In this document: in pieces, positions 28,699-39,304 of the stretch
Layout: each line of letters begins with the position of its first letter
How positions within the stretch are numbered: position 1 is the stretch's first letter
Assembly: GCA_050951545.1 (NCBI GenBank)
Contig: JBMNJG010000013.1
Location: 43,396-107,395, forward strand
Reading direction: 5' to 3'
Source: Limnochordia bacterium
Lineage (GTDB): Bacteria; Bacillota; Limnochordia; DTU080
DNA length: 64,000 bases
Translations under genes and position numbers: made by a program
Notes under the pieces: generated by a model
What the model saw: the letters and a program-made list of their open reading frames with translations, nothing else
Database searches by the model: none
What the model was told of the DNA's origin: nothing

Positions 28699-31600
28699 CT
28701 AGTTCGCCCCTAATGCAGGTTCTTGATACCCCGAAACGACCAACTGCCCGATCTGTACTTGCTCCTTGGGGTATGTGTCGGTGAGGGTTAATCGGAACCA
28801 GTGCCAATCCCACTTATCACGCAGGGCAAAGCTGACACGGGCTTGCTGCCAACCATACTCCCCTTCACTGATTTCCACCTCATACTCCAGCGGTTGCCAG
28901 TCATCACCCGATGAAGAGACCGCCAGTTCCAGTGTTCTGCTGAGCTCAACCTGGGGTCTACAAAACAGGGTCGCGGTGCCTTCTATGAGGTGTGGAGTCT
29001 CCCAGACCAGGTACTCTTCGTCATCCGTGGCTCGTACAAGCCGTTCCACATCCCCGAAGAATTGCTCGCCGTGGTCGGTAGCATACGTCCATCCAGCGGA
29101 TCTTTGCGCTGTCTGTAGGAAGTCGATTTCCGCAGCCCACCAGCCTCCGGCTATGTGCGGAGGGGTCATATGTTGGACAAGCGTCCAGCGGTTTCTTACC
29201 TGGAAATCCCAAAGGTGCTGAAAGGCACCATGCTCTTGGTGATTCCCAGTAAGGGTAAGTGAGTGCTTCCCGTCCGCCAGTTTCATCGTATCTAAAGCTA
29301 TTGCCCCTTGGGGCGGCAATTCAGAGTCGGAGTGTAGCACCAAGTGATCATCCAAGGTAAGCTCAAGAGCCGTAATCCCAGCAGCTACCGCAGGATTCAC
29401 CCATGCCAAATCAACGGCTGTCTGGCCCTTCACAGTGGTACCCGGAAGCGGTGAACGAACATCGACACGTGTAGGAGGGTGTCCGAAGACGCCCATGACC
29501 ACGGGGGAGTATCGGGCTCGCCAACCAATGTTCGCCGTCTCTGTCGCTGCGATTGCGCTCAGGGTGTTGTAATCCCATTCCTCGCGCGGGGGAATATCTG
29601 AAGGGAGAAGCAGCTTGGCCACTTCCTGGCGGGCTGTGCGCACCAACTCCTCGCCAACATCCTCCTCGGTATACCCGCTCGCCAACAAGTAGGCCAGTCC
29701 GTGGTAATTTCCCAGAGCGGTGTCGGTTCCCCACGGTATACCATGGGCCTGTAAGCTGGTGCGTATCGCTTCCAGATAGACCGGGTCATGCGTGGCCTCG
29801 TGGAAGTCTATCAGCGTTGGAATGCCATCGAGGGTCAAGCGGAAATTGCTCTTGTAGAGGGCCGCGAGTCCCTGCAATTGAGCATCAGGGGCGAGGTTGC
29901 TCCATAGGTGGTGCGGCTCGATTTTCGCCACGTCTACGGCTTCCCAGACTTGGGCGGCTTTGTTGAGAAGCGTTTGTGCCTTCTGCAGATCATCATCACT
30001 GTGGGTTTCCGCATAGCGATGAATCCACGCCGCAGCCGCATAAGCCGAGCTACTCCCCTCATGGTTGCTGGCGTAGGATCTGACTTCTGCAAGGGTATCC
30101 TCCAACCGCTCGTGGCCCGTAAGCCACTTGGTTAGATAAAGCCCGCTGCTCGGTGAGTACTGCACTTCAATCGAGCCACTCCAATGATCTTTGTTCCTTC
30201 TATGCATACCTCCCGCGTGCTTGGGCCTCGTGGAGAAAAAAGGACCATGTGAAACATCGATGTTCGCTACATGAAGGGCGTAATCCAGCGCAGCCAGGGC
30301 TATGTCCCGCTCTTCGAGAAGTAGCCCCATCAACCACATGCCGTAATAGCCTTCTCCCGATCCCTTTCGCCAACCATAGCGTCCATTTAAGGCCCAACGC
30401 CCTGGGTAAAGGCCCCGCTCCGGCATTTTGCTGGATTTTGAGAAATTGGTGCGAACATCTCCGAAGTTGGCAAACCCGCTCCAACGCCAGTGATCTCGAG
30501 AAGCCAAGACGAACTGAATATTGGCATTAACCCCAGTGAAATACTCGTGGTTGCTTAGCAGGGCATCCGCCGATAGCGGACCCAGACTCCCAGCCGCGAT
30601 GATGTCTTGCGGCGAGGGAAGCCACAATGTGTCCCGTCGAGCCTCGGCCAGGGCCAAGGCTGCTGTGCTTTCGGCGTTGGGCCCCCACACGAAGCTGCTT
30701 TCTAAGGTAGACATGAGTCCTGCTGCTGTAGCGTCGACATCCCTGGCTGCAATCTCAAACTCGTCTAGTGAGGTGGTGGTACGTAAATCCAACGCCTGGC
30801 CCGCATGGTCGCTCCATGAGGCCAGCACGATGGAATGCTCATCGACGCTTATGCGATTGGGGCCCAGTCTGGTGAAATTGGGTGCCCCTACCGCCAGGTA
30901 GCCGTGGGGGTTGTCATCCATTGCCACGAGTGCTACATTCCACTGCGAATCGGGCCATTCACTGGAAGCGGTGCGTGTACTCCCATGCAACGCGTTGCTA
31001 TGGCCAGTCGTCTCCGACTGCAATTCGAAGGTACCAGACGCCAGGTCAAAGAGCGGGGTCACTTCGGGTATACCAGCTGTTGCAAAAGGAGTGGAAAACC
31101 GGGCTACCCACGCAGCTTGGGCCAATGCATGTTTTTCTGGGTCCCAGTGCAGGGCCCAGGTCATCTGCAAACGGACCACGGGGGTATCCTGGTAGATGCG
31201 CACTCGCAACTGCCATTCTAGTTCCCTTCCGGGATATGTCTCCCCTCCATCGCCTCGGAGCCTATACACTGTGAACAGATCGTTGTCTCTTTCAACAACG
31301 CACTCGCGCACTCTTAGATCCAGGGGGTGCGGGCGAGGTTTTTTGTTGAGAGCTTCCAAAGGCTCTGCCCAGGCGTATTGGCGTTGATCATCTGGTATAG
31401 AATCCGGCAGAATATTCTTGGGCTCAGTAATGTCGATATAGGTGGCCAGGGGCTCAAGCACTGCCACGGTTCGCTCATCGGCATCAATGAGGTGCACCTC
31501 ACCCTCACGCACGACCAGTCCTCCAACAGGCGGCGGGGGCCCTAACTTGACCGGTTCACCAGCGGCCATATCACCGAGACAGACGGGAACGCCGTTTCGC

Positions 31601-31959
31601 TTCGTCACATTGAGCGGCAAGGCTGCGGGCCACACACCATCCACGCCAAGCCAACGGACACTACCGTCGGGCCATAACGCGTTTGCCGTCACCGACGCCG
31701 GGATGGGGGCGCCGGAATCATGGTGAAGCTCATGGGCGGAGTGGGGGAGTTGTGAAGGATAGAGCACACCCTGGGCGATGGGCACCGCCTGGTAAAAAGG
31801 CATCGAAAAAGCGTATTCCGCTTGCGCCGTCACCACAGCGGGCGTGGGGCGCAGATATCCTTTCCAAGCCGAAGGCTGTTGAGCCAGTAGAATGCAACTG
31901 CTAGTCGTCACTAGGGCTATAACGAACAGAACTGTCGCCTGGATCGATAGTGGTCTCAT
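28699..31959 (-). CDS. Large secreted protein, exo-rhamnogalacturonan lyase (PL26/YetA)-like, with C-terminal Ig-like and unknown domains
   Basis: Signal peptide; ALWPDGSVRW; WRWSGFANFGDV...RW...GRYGW...H.ANID...GGMHRRNKDHWSG; Ig-like SPLPGTTVKG...LDTMKLADGKHSLTL. Confidence 0.55.
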   Translation of the reverse strand: MRPLSIQATVLFVIALVTTSSCILLAQQPSAWKGYLRPTPAVVTAQAEYAFSMPFYQAVPIAQGVLYPSQLPHSAHELHHDSGAPIPASVTANALWPDGSVRWLGVDGVWPAALPLNVTKRNGVPVCLGDMAAGEPVKLGPPPPVGGLVVREGEVHLIDADERTVAVLEPLATYIDITEPKNILPDSIPDDQRQYAWAEPLEALNKKPRPHPLDLRVRECVVERDNDLFTVYRLRGDGGETYPGRELEWQLRVRIYQDTPVVRLQMTWALHWDPEKHALAQAAWVARFSTPFATAGIPEVTPLFDLASGTFELQSETTGHSNALHGSTRTASSEWPDSQWNVALVAMDDNPHGYLAVGAPNFTRLGPNRISVDEHSIVLASWSDHAGQALDLRTTTSLDEFEIAARDVDATAAGLMSTLESSFVWGPNAESTAALALAEARRDTLWLPSPQDIIAAGSLGPLSADALLSNHEYFTGVNANIQFVLASRDHWRWSGFANFGDVRTNFSKSSKMPERGLYPGRWALNGRYGWRKGSGEGYYGMWLMGLLLEERDIALAALDYALHVANIDVSHGPFFSTRPKHAGGMHRRNKDHWSGSIEVQYSPSSGLYLTKWLTGHERLEDTLAEVRSYASNHEGSSSAYAAAAWIHRYAETHSDDDLQKAQTLLNKAAQVWEAVDVAKIEPHHLWSNLAPDAQLQGLAALYKSNFRLTLDGIPTLIDFHEATHDPVYLEAIRTSLQAHGIPWGTDTALGNYHGLAYLLASGYTEEDVGEELVRTARQEVAKLLLPSDIPPREEWDYNTLSAIAATETANIGWRARYSPVVMGVFGHPPTRVDVRSPLPGTTVKGQTAVDLAWVNPAVAAGITALELTLDDHLVLHSDSELPPQGAIALDTMKLADGKHSLTLTGNHQEHGAFQHLWDFQVRNRWTLVQHMTPPHIAGGWWAAEIDFLQTAQRSAGWTYATDHGEQFFGDVERLVRATDDEEYLVWETPHLIEGTATLFCRPQVELSRTLELAVSSSGDDWQPLEYEVEISEGEYGWQQARVSFALRDKWDWHWFRLTLTDTYPKEQVQIGQLVVSGYQEPALGAN

Positions 31960-32187
31960 TTTGGTGCACCTCTTTATGTGTTATGTACCAAAAGACGATT
32001 AGACATTCCCCAGTGGATTGAACATACCTCTAAGTATGTGGCTCACCTTCCGCTCTGCTACCGTCTATTGACCCATCCAAAGTCGCAGTTGGCCGCCCCC
32101 CTTTGCTGACTACGGCTTGCATCGGACCAGTGTCTATGAGAAAGGCCTGCAAGAGATGGGGGCTTTGCCTACCTTGTGGCCCGTCGC

Positions 32188-32300
32188 CTCAACGACGGCA
32201 CGTTAACTGCGGCACTGGTGGACAGATTTCCTCACAGATCCATCCTTCTCAACATGAATGGGCCGAGCTATCGCCTCAGGGAGGGTCGCAGAGCCACCGA
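32188..32300 (+). pseudogene. IS21-family IstB ATP-binding helper, C-terminal remnant
   Basis: DGTLTAALVDRFPHRSILLNMNGPSYRLRE matches the IstB C-terminal motif. Confidence 0.7.
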
Positions 32301-32680
32301 CAAGAGCAAGACGTCATCCGAAACCTCGTCCCGATCGCCCTCCGGGCGGCCTGCTTTAGGCGAGCAGGAGGAGGTCACCGATGGAAACATTGGTGGCCTC
32401 CTTTCACATGAGCGTTTCCACAGCCCGCCTGACTCCACTCGGCGGCTGGCGACAGACGCACTCATGGGCGCGTCGTCATCAGCGAATACGTGCGCCCCCG
32501 GCACTCGGTATGGCAAACCGTGTCGGTTTCGGTCTATATCTGTCGCCTCAGACGACCAATTGGACGGGCCAGCAGGGTTTTTCGCGGTTTCTCGGTGTAG
32601 AAGCGGCCCTCGTTACGGTTACAGACGGAAGCAAAAATCGAAGCCGACCTCTTTTGCCACCACCCAGCGGGGCCTACCAC

Positions 32681-33868
32681 TCATTCTGTCTGGCGGGCAG
32701 CGGCGACGTCCCTTACGGCTGCCGTTGGTCTCTCTGCGGGTGTGACAAAAGCCTCGTGCAGTACTGAGCCATCGACAGATTCCGGCACGGGCATGCCCAC
32801 CATAGACAACAGCGTGGGCGCAATATCAGTGATGCACGCCCTATGTATGACGTGTCCCTGTCGCACACCTGGCCCCCAGAAGAGCATCGTGCTTCGGCTC
32901 GCAGCCTGAGTACCATGGATACCTCCTGGTCTGCTGGCTGGGGTGATCTGCCAGCCCTCTCGTGGTGACAGCACAATATCCCCCACGAGCTCAGGATCGG
33001 AGCCCAAGGCCCGAATGTCATCGGCGAGGAGTACGTCAAGGCCCGCCACAGATGACAGAGCCTCCACAACCTGTTTCTCACGTTCCGGGTGACGCATGTG
33101 TGGACGCCAGTAGAGAAAGGACGCCCCGAACTGCAGAGCGACTAGCTCCGTGTCCACTCCGATCTGTGACGTATCGAAAGCTACTCTCAAGTTCAGTCTG
33201 TCAACGACAGCGAGGAGTTCTGGCAGAACCGGGGCGCCGTCGTTAGGCACCATACCATGGTCGGAAGCGACGACCACTACGGTGTTGTGAGACAGGTTGT
33301 TTCGCTCTAGAAGGGCCAGCATCTGGCCTATCCGGCCATCAATGTGGGTGACGGCCTCTCTCATTTGCGGGCTAAAGGGGCCATAGCGATGTCCTACACT
33401 GTCGATATCTGAGTGATAGAGAACAGCTAGATTCGGGGTGTCTGACGCCAGCAGATCGATCAGATTATCCATATCGCCCTGTAGGTACTGGTCTACGCCT
33501 CTGTTTTCCAACATGAAATGACTTACGGAGGCGCTGCTCCACCCGTAGGCTCGCACGACCTCGGCGATGGTTGGACAGCGATTGTCTCGGAGTCTAGTTA
33601 CGATCGCATCGGTCTGGCGATCGTATCTAGAGTTGTTAGGAATGCCGGTTCTGGCTGGGAGCGATCCCGTCACAAAACTCGTCTGGTTGGTAGTTGTCGT
33701 CGAAGGGAACACTGATCGAGCTTCAGCAACCCATGTGCCTTCGCGTAGCAGTCTCTGTAGATGAGGAGGCTCGTATATCGTGAGGTAATCGGGACGAAGC
33801 GCATCCAGCATCAGCATGATAATGTGTTCAGGGCATTCAGTTCGCTCAGCCATGTCCTCACATCCCAC
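32681..33868 (-). CDS. Alkaline-phosphatase-superfamily nucleotide pyrophosphatase/phosphodiesterase
   Basis: MLDALRPD, SVFPSTT.TN (Thr nucleophile), DSVGHRYGP, SDHGM, GIHG, DIAPT, DG.VL. Confidence 0.88.
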   Translation of the reverse strand: MGCEDMAERTECPEHIIMLMLDALRPDYLTIYEPPHLQRLLREGTWVAEARSVFPSTTTTNQTSFVTGSLPARTGIPNNSRYDRQTDAIVTRLRDNRCPTIAEVVRAYGWSSASVSHFMLENRGVDQYLQGDMDNLIDLLASDTPNLAVLYHSDIDSVGHRYGPFSPQMREAVTHIDGRIGQMLALLERNNLSHNTVVVVASDHGMVPNDGAPVLPELLAVVDRLNLRVAFDTSQIGVDTELVALQFGASFLYWRPHMRHPEREKQVVEALSSVAGLDVLLADDIRALGSDPELVGDIVLSPREGWQITPASRPGGIHGTQAASRSTMLFWGPGVRQGHVIHRACITDIAPTLLSMVGMPVPESVDGSVLHEAFVTPAERPTAAVRDVAAARQTE

Positions 33869-34103
33869 ATGGATGGTTACTTCATAGAGGATCGCTCTCC
33901 TTTCGAGGATGACTCATTGGCATAGTATGGACAAGGCCACAGAGATGGCATAGGGTTACCACCCATCTGCGGCCAATGGATAGTGTTGTCAGTAGCCGCT
34001 ATGGTGCCCACTTGCTCGGTTTAGGTCACAATAATCAGGTGAAGAAGGAAACGTAAACCTGATGCGGAAAAAACATGACATAAGCTATCTTGGGAGGTGT
34101 GTC

Positions 34104-34755
34104 ATGCAACGACGGGCGGTAGGACGCATGCTCTTCTTAGATGGAGCGGTGAGCAGATCGTACGCTACGCTTTGGTTGACAACGCTCTGCAGCATCCGAC
34201 GGCCCGAGGGGCGGGATGGATTGCTGCCAATGGGGGCAAGGTTTTCGACCTGCCGGATAACCCGACCAAGTTCATGATGGACATGCCGGAGACAATTGAG
34301 GCACTGCAGTATCTGCAGGACCTGATATGGGAGCATCAGACGAGATGGATCTTGCTCGTCGGCCGATGGGCAAAGTAGGGCGTGGGTACTACCTGGCCTC
34401 CGACATGTTTGGTATCTCGGCTGGCACGAAGACCCCAGAGGCGTCGTGGCATTTCCTACATTACTTGGTATCTAAGGAAGCAGCTGAAGCCTACGCTAAG
34501 ATCATGAGCAGAGGTCCAGTGCGTCGCTCAGCGTTTGCCGCCTACCAGAAGGAGTACGCTGGCCATAGCATCCAGATCTACGCCGAGGGCATGATGGACT
34601 CTGTTATCAGCCCAGAGACCCAGATGTACAAGGTCACCGAGGCCCGCAACAACCTGATATGGAAGGCTGTACGCGACCAGGTGGTACCGAATAAGAAGAC
34701 TGCGAAGCAGGCCATCCTGGAAATCGCTGAGGCGGTGCGGGCGTTGTACAAGTAG
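34104..34755 (+). pseudogene. Solute-binding protein gene with large internal deletions and frameshifts
   Basis: GGAGG-ATG(34104) MQRRAV..., then SBP fragments in other frames (ANGGKVF...PETIEALQYLQDL; TKTPEASWHFLHYL). About half the normal length. Confidence 0.75.
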
Positions 34756-35187
34756 GGCTGTGTTGGTGAGCGCTTGACTTAACGTCCGACGACCTCCGGC
34801 GCTACGCACCATGACTAGCGTTGGGCGCTTCGTCGGCGTGGCAGCATCCATGTTGCTCCTATGGAGGGAAGGATATGAGACATCGCGCTGCTCAAGTGGC
34901 CATAGTGATGGCCTGCAGTCTGCTGCTCATTCACGGTATCGCCTTGGCGGGCAGGGCCACAGTCACCCACTGGTTCTCTGGCCCGTACGCCATGTACGAC
35001 TTCGTAATGAATCAGATACCTGCCTTCGAAGCGGCCAACCCCGACCTCAAGATCGACCTGATGTTCGTGAATCCTAGTGAGGTTACCGACAAGTACACCG
35101 TCATGTTTGCTACTGACACCCCGGTGGATGTTATCTGGACCAACAACAACAACAATCTGCCTCTCTACATGTCGCGCAACCTTCTAT

Positions 35188-37172
35188 CCCGACTTTCGCC
35201 ATTAGCAGTGACTCCACTTGGAATCTTGCCGTCTAGCTGGCCACTAACAATTTCCTGACGTAGTGATAGTTAAGAGAAGGGATTAGGGGCCTAATGGCGA
35301 AGTAAAGCTTGGCAGCGTAGTGGTAGTTGCTATCACCACGGAGGGGAGTTTTTCGATGGCCAGCATTGTAAAACGCCAACCCAAAGGATGCCCGCAACCC
35401 GTCTACTATTACCATGAGACTTACCGCGTCTACGGTGACGATCCGACTCGGAAAAGCAAGGTGAAGTCTCGTGACATCTACCTCGGCACCGCAACTCAGG
35501 TACTGGAGAAGACTCGCCAGGCACAGCAACCGCAAATTGTGGAGGTCAAGGAGTTCGGTCTGGTGTTGGCCGCGCTGGGAGAAGCAGAGCGCGTCGGACT
35601 GGTGGACGTGATCGATCGTGTCGTCCCCAAGCGCAGACAAGGATGCAGCGTCGGTCAGTACATTCTCATCGCCGCCCTCAACAAGATTGCCTCTCCCACT
35701 AGCCGCAACGGCATTCGCGACTGGCTAGCTGAGACTGTTCTCCCCGAGCGGATGGGCGTCGACCCCGACCTGTTCACCAGCCAGAACTTCTGGGATCACT
35801 TCGATCTCATCCTCTGTGAGAATGAGCTTAAGAAGCGCAAGGAGCAGTGGGCCCAAGGTGAGATCACCGAAGACCAGCTTTTCAGCGAGAATGTGATCGC
35901 TCAGATCGAACAAGGCATCTGGGAGAATCTCCTGGATCGGGAGCAGGTTCTGCTAGATACCGTCTTCTACGACACGACCAACTTTTACTCGTTCCTGGAT
36001 GCAGCAACACCCAGCTATCTCGCTCGCACTGGTCACAACAAACATGGACGACACAATCTGCGACAGGTGGGCCTGGGGCTGGCAGTAACCCAGGACGGTT
36101 CGCTGCCGCTGATGCATCTGCTTTACCATGGGCGCAAGGCAGACGCTAAGCTCTTCCCAGGTAGCATGACCGACCTTGTCGATCGATACCTACAACTGAC
36201 CGGGAGCACCAAGGGGCTGACCGTTGTCTTCGATAAGGGAAACAACTCCGAGAATAACGTGCAACATGCCCAATCCTTGGGTATCACTGCTGTGGGTAGC
36301 CTAGTCCCTTCGCATCATCGGGATCTGACAGGGGTCCGATTAGCTCGATATGAGAAAAAGGTAGATGGCAAGCCAGTATTCACCACCCGGAAGAACGTGT
36401 TCGGGCTGGAAATGCAGATTGTCGTTGTCTACAACGAAGCGACGTACCGGCGCAAGGTGAGGCGGCTGCGCGAGGCGGTCGATCAACTGCGCTCCAAGGT
36501 GCGCGCCCGCTTTGAAGAAGTGAAAGAGCGGTCCAAATCGGAGATCGAAACGGAGCTAGAGAAAGTGCTTCGGGATAGTAGCTTCCGACGTTTCCTCCAG
36601 GTTGAGGTGACTGGCCGTCGTTACAAACGACTGATCTGCCGAATTCATCTTGTCAACTACCGCGCCAAACTACGGACGTTTGGCAAGATGATTATTTTCA
36701 GCACAGACCTGGAGATGAGCACGGAGGACATCGTCCGGCTCTACACGGACAAGAACGAAGTAGAGAATCAGTTCCGACAGATCAATGACGCTAACGCTAT
36801 CGCTTTTCGCCCCTGCTATCATTGGACAGACACGAAAATCAAGGTGTACGCTCTGATCTGTGTGCTGGCGTTGTTGCTGCTACAGCTGATGAATTACCGA
36901 GTCCGCCGTGCTGGCCTTCATATGAGCAACGCAGTGCTCCGTGCCGAGTTGGCAGACATTCGTGAGGTAGTGATGATCTACTCACTGGCACAAGTGACCA
37001 AGCAGATCACTGGGCTTACGAGTGTGCAACAGCAGTTATTCGCGATCTTCGACTTGCAGCGATTTCTATCAAACTCCACAGTCGCCGCACTACCACTACA
37101 TCAGACCAGTTAGAGATCTGGCCCTTACCCTGGGCCTAAGGCGTTTTTGCGTACGTATTGGCGAAAGTTGGG
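35188..37172 (+). mobile_element. IS1634-family insertion sequence, 1985 bp
   Basis: Terminal inverted repeats CCCGACTTTCGCCA / TGGCGAAAGTTGGG; 5-bp target duplication TCTAT at 35183-35187 and 37173-37177. Confidence 0.93.
35356..37113 (+). CDS. IS1634-family DDE transposase
   Basis: FYDTTNFY, GHNKHGRHNLRQV, VFDKGNNS, VENQFRQI...RP.YHWTD.KI. Confidence 0.92.
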   Translation: MASIVKRQPKGCPQPVYYYHETYRVYGDDPTRKSKVKSRDIYLGTATQVLEKTRQAQQPQIVEVKEFGLVLAALGEAERVGLVDVIDRVVPKRRQGCSVGQYILIAALNKIASPTSRNGIRDWLAETVLPERMGVDPDLFTSQNFWDHFDLILCENELKKRKEQWAQGEITEDQLFSENVIAQIEQGIWENLLDREQVLLDTVFYDTTNFYSFLDAATPSYLARTGHNKHGRHNLRQVGLGLAVTQDGSLPLMHLLYHGRKADAKLFPGSMTDLVDRYLQLTGSTKGLTVVFDKGNNSENNVQHAQSLGITAVGSLVPSHHRDLTGVRLARYEKKVDGKPVFTTRKNVFGLEMQIVVVYNEATYRRKVRRLREAVDQLRSKVRARFEEVKERSKSEIETELEKVLRDSSFRRFLQVEVTGRRYKRLICRIHLVNYRAKLRTFGKMIIFSTDLEMSTEDIVRLYTDKNEVENQFRQINDANAIAFRPCYHWTDTKIKVYALICVLALLLLQLMNYRVRRAGLHMSNAVLRAELADIREVVMIYSLAQVTKQITGLTSVQQQLFAIFDLQRFLSNSTVAALPLHQTS

Positions 37173-38201
37173 TCTATTGCCTCTGAACAACTACGCAGCT
37201 AAGGTCGGGCTCGATCTCGGGGAGTACGTTGAGCCAGCAATCAAGCAAGCCACTCGCGACGGCCAGGTTTTCGCCGTGCCCTATGCCGCTTTGCCTACGC
37301 CTGGGCTGTTCTACAACGCCGACCTGTTTGATACGGCTGGTGTAGCGTACCCCACGGACATGTGGAGCTACGAAGCCGAGTTCCTGAGCGCAGCCAAGAA
37401 ACTCACCAAAGACACCAACGGCGATGGGGTACCCGATCAATACGGTCTTGGTCCCCAACTCAACAGCAGCCGGACTGGCAGCGTCACCGCTGTTTTGGCG
37501 GCCTACGGTGGGCGTATTCTCAGTCTCGATGGCACCAAAGCCACGGCTACCGACGAAAAGACTATGGCGGGTTTTGGCTTTCTCAGCCGTCTGGCGCACG
37601 AGGACCGGGTCATGGCTGGCAGCTTCTGGCAGGGCTCGGCCGCGATGGACCTTGACGGCTTCTGGGCTATCCCCGGTTTCACCGCCTCGTTGAAGGGCGC
37701 CCGCACTGGCGCAGCCGCAACGCCACTAGGTCCGCAGGGCCGTAAGGTCATGTACGTGGTTGGCTACTACTCGGTGCCGCGCACCGCAACCAACCCCGAA
37801 GGGGCCATGCGCTGGATTAAACACCTTACGTCCGACGAGGTGGGGAAAGCCTGGTTAGCGGCCAAGCTGAACATGACTGGCAAAATGCGGGTCAATGCTT
37901 CCCCTGAAGTACGTCAAGACGAGATGACCCGCAAGTGGATATCGTTCTATAGCATTGAGGGCCTGGTGCCAGCCATACCGGCCAACTTCCGTGTTACTGA
38001 TGTAGAAAAGGTCTTTGCCGACGCCATCAGTACCATGGCCTCCAACGCACTGCCCTTGCGGCAGATTGCCGAGCAACTGCAGCAGAAGCTAACCGCGCTT
38101 CTTGCCCTGCCCCTTCAGTAGGGCATCCACTGGCAGGCCATTGCCTCTCGGGCGATGGCCTCATTTGTGTGACCGGCACGAAACTGAGAGCCAGGACGCT
38201 T

Positions 38202-39128
38202 CTACAGCAGTGGAAGCTGCTGCTGGGGCGGGTGCTGGCGTGGTAGGGATGGGCCAATGAGCACACTGGAATCGCTCTCGTGACGTGTGACATTTGCCAG
38301 CGCTGCCCGATGACTGCGGGTGGCGTAGCAGTAACTGCAGCCGTGGAGACACGTGTCGTTGATGCCAATGTCTTTGCTCACCACGCAGCGGCACGTGCTA
38401 CGCTGATGGCGGTCCTCAGCCAACCCAGCGATGCCCCACAATGAGTTGAGCAACTCGCCGTCGATACAGGCGCCGGCAGGAATACCTGCCACGGCAAGTT
38501 CGTCGGCACAGGATTGCATGTGCATGTGGTGGCTCTCAGCGATCTGCTTGAGCTGACGAAGGAGCTGCACAAACTCGGGCTGCTGCAGCGGCGTCTTGTC
38601 AAACGCCAAGCCTTGAGGCTGCAATGCCGCCAGGCGACGGTCCGTCTTGCGATAGAAGTCCGCAATGCTCACAATGACTCGCTTCGTCAGACCGCCGAGC
38701 GCTCCGGCCAGCGATGAGAAGACTGCCTCATGAAAGCGGCAGTCCGTGACGTTTGAGAGGATGATCGGATCGTAGCGCCAGATGACTCTCTGGGGACCCA
38801 CATGTTCAGCCAATCGCTGAAATGCGACCAACCGCTCTGAGAGGTGGGGCACTCCAGGCTCCAGCTCAGCAGGATAGTCGTTCAGCGTATACAGGAAGAG
38901 GTACCGGTAGCCCCTCTCGTCTAGTTCTGGCAGGAAGGGAAGGAGGGGAGCTGGGTTCTTGCTCCAGAAGACGAAAACGTCTACATCCTCGGGCAGAAGT
39001 GACACCTCGGCTATCTGCTTCGCGTTGAAGGGGTTGGGCACGTGGCAGTAGCCTGCGCGAATGCGTCTCATGAACCACTCACTGAAGAAGGCTGGGATAT
39101 CTGTACGTCGGCTCACTGAGATGATCAA
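38202..39128 (-). CDS. DUF1848 domain protein
   Basis: IISVSRRTDIPAF, VFWSKNP, WRYDPI, QR..C.C..SKDIG..DTC.HGC.YCYA. TTG start follows GAGGGG. Confidence 0.9.
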   Translation of the reverse strand: MIISVSRRTDIPAFFSEWFMRRIRAGYCHVPNPFNAKQIAEVSLLPEDVDVFVFWSKNPAPLLPFLPELDERGYRYLFLYTLNDYPAELEPGVPHLSERLVAFQRLAEHVGPQRVIWRYDPIILSNVTDCRFHEAVFSSLAGALGGLTKRVIVSIADFYRKTDRRLAALQPQGLAFDKTPLQQPEFVQLLRQLKQIAESHHMHMQSCADELAVAGIPAGACIDGELLNSLWGIAGLAEDRHQRSTCRCVVSKDIGINDTCLHGCSYCYATRSHRAALANVTRHESDSSVLIGPSLPRQHPPQQQLPLL

Positions 39129-39304
39129 ACGATCCCCTCGTTTCTCACTGCAGACTCTTCTGGGAGGAAAACGAGTAGTTGCTCCTAAGATTCTATCAGG
39201 TAATCGCCGGGAAAGGATGCTGTTCAAGAACACACACAAGAAGTATCTGAGAAATGGCCTAGGTCATGGGAGCTTGTCTGTTTCGATAGTTAGGGGGACC
39301 ACAT

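Larger units (their letters stand above)
34875..38121 (+). pseudogene. Sugar-binding protein gene interrupted by IS1634
   Basis: Removing 35188-37177 rejoins ...MSRNLL|LPLNNYAAK... in frame into a complete SBP. Confidence 0.9.

Noticed and set aside
35140-35157. (AAC)n microsatellite as a phase-variation tract
   Set aside because: In-frame poly-Asn of 5 codons; slippage would not shift the frame.
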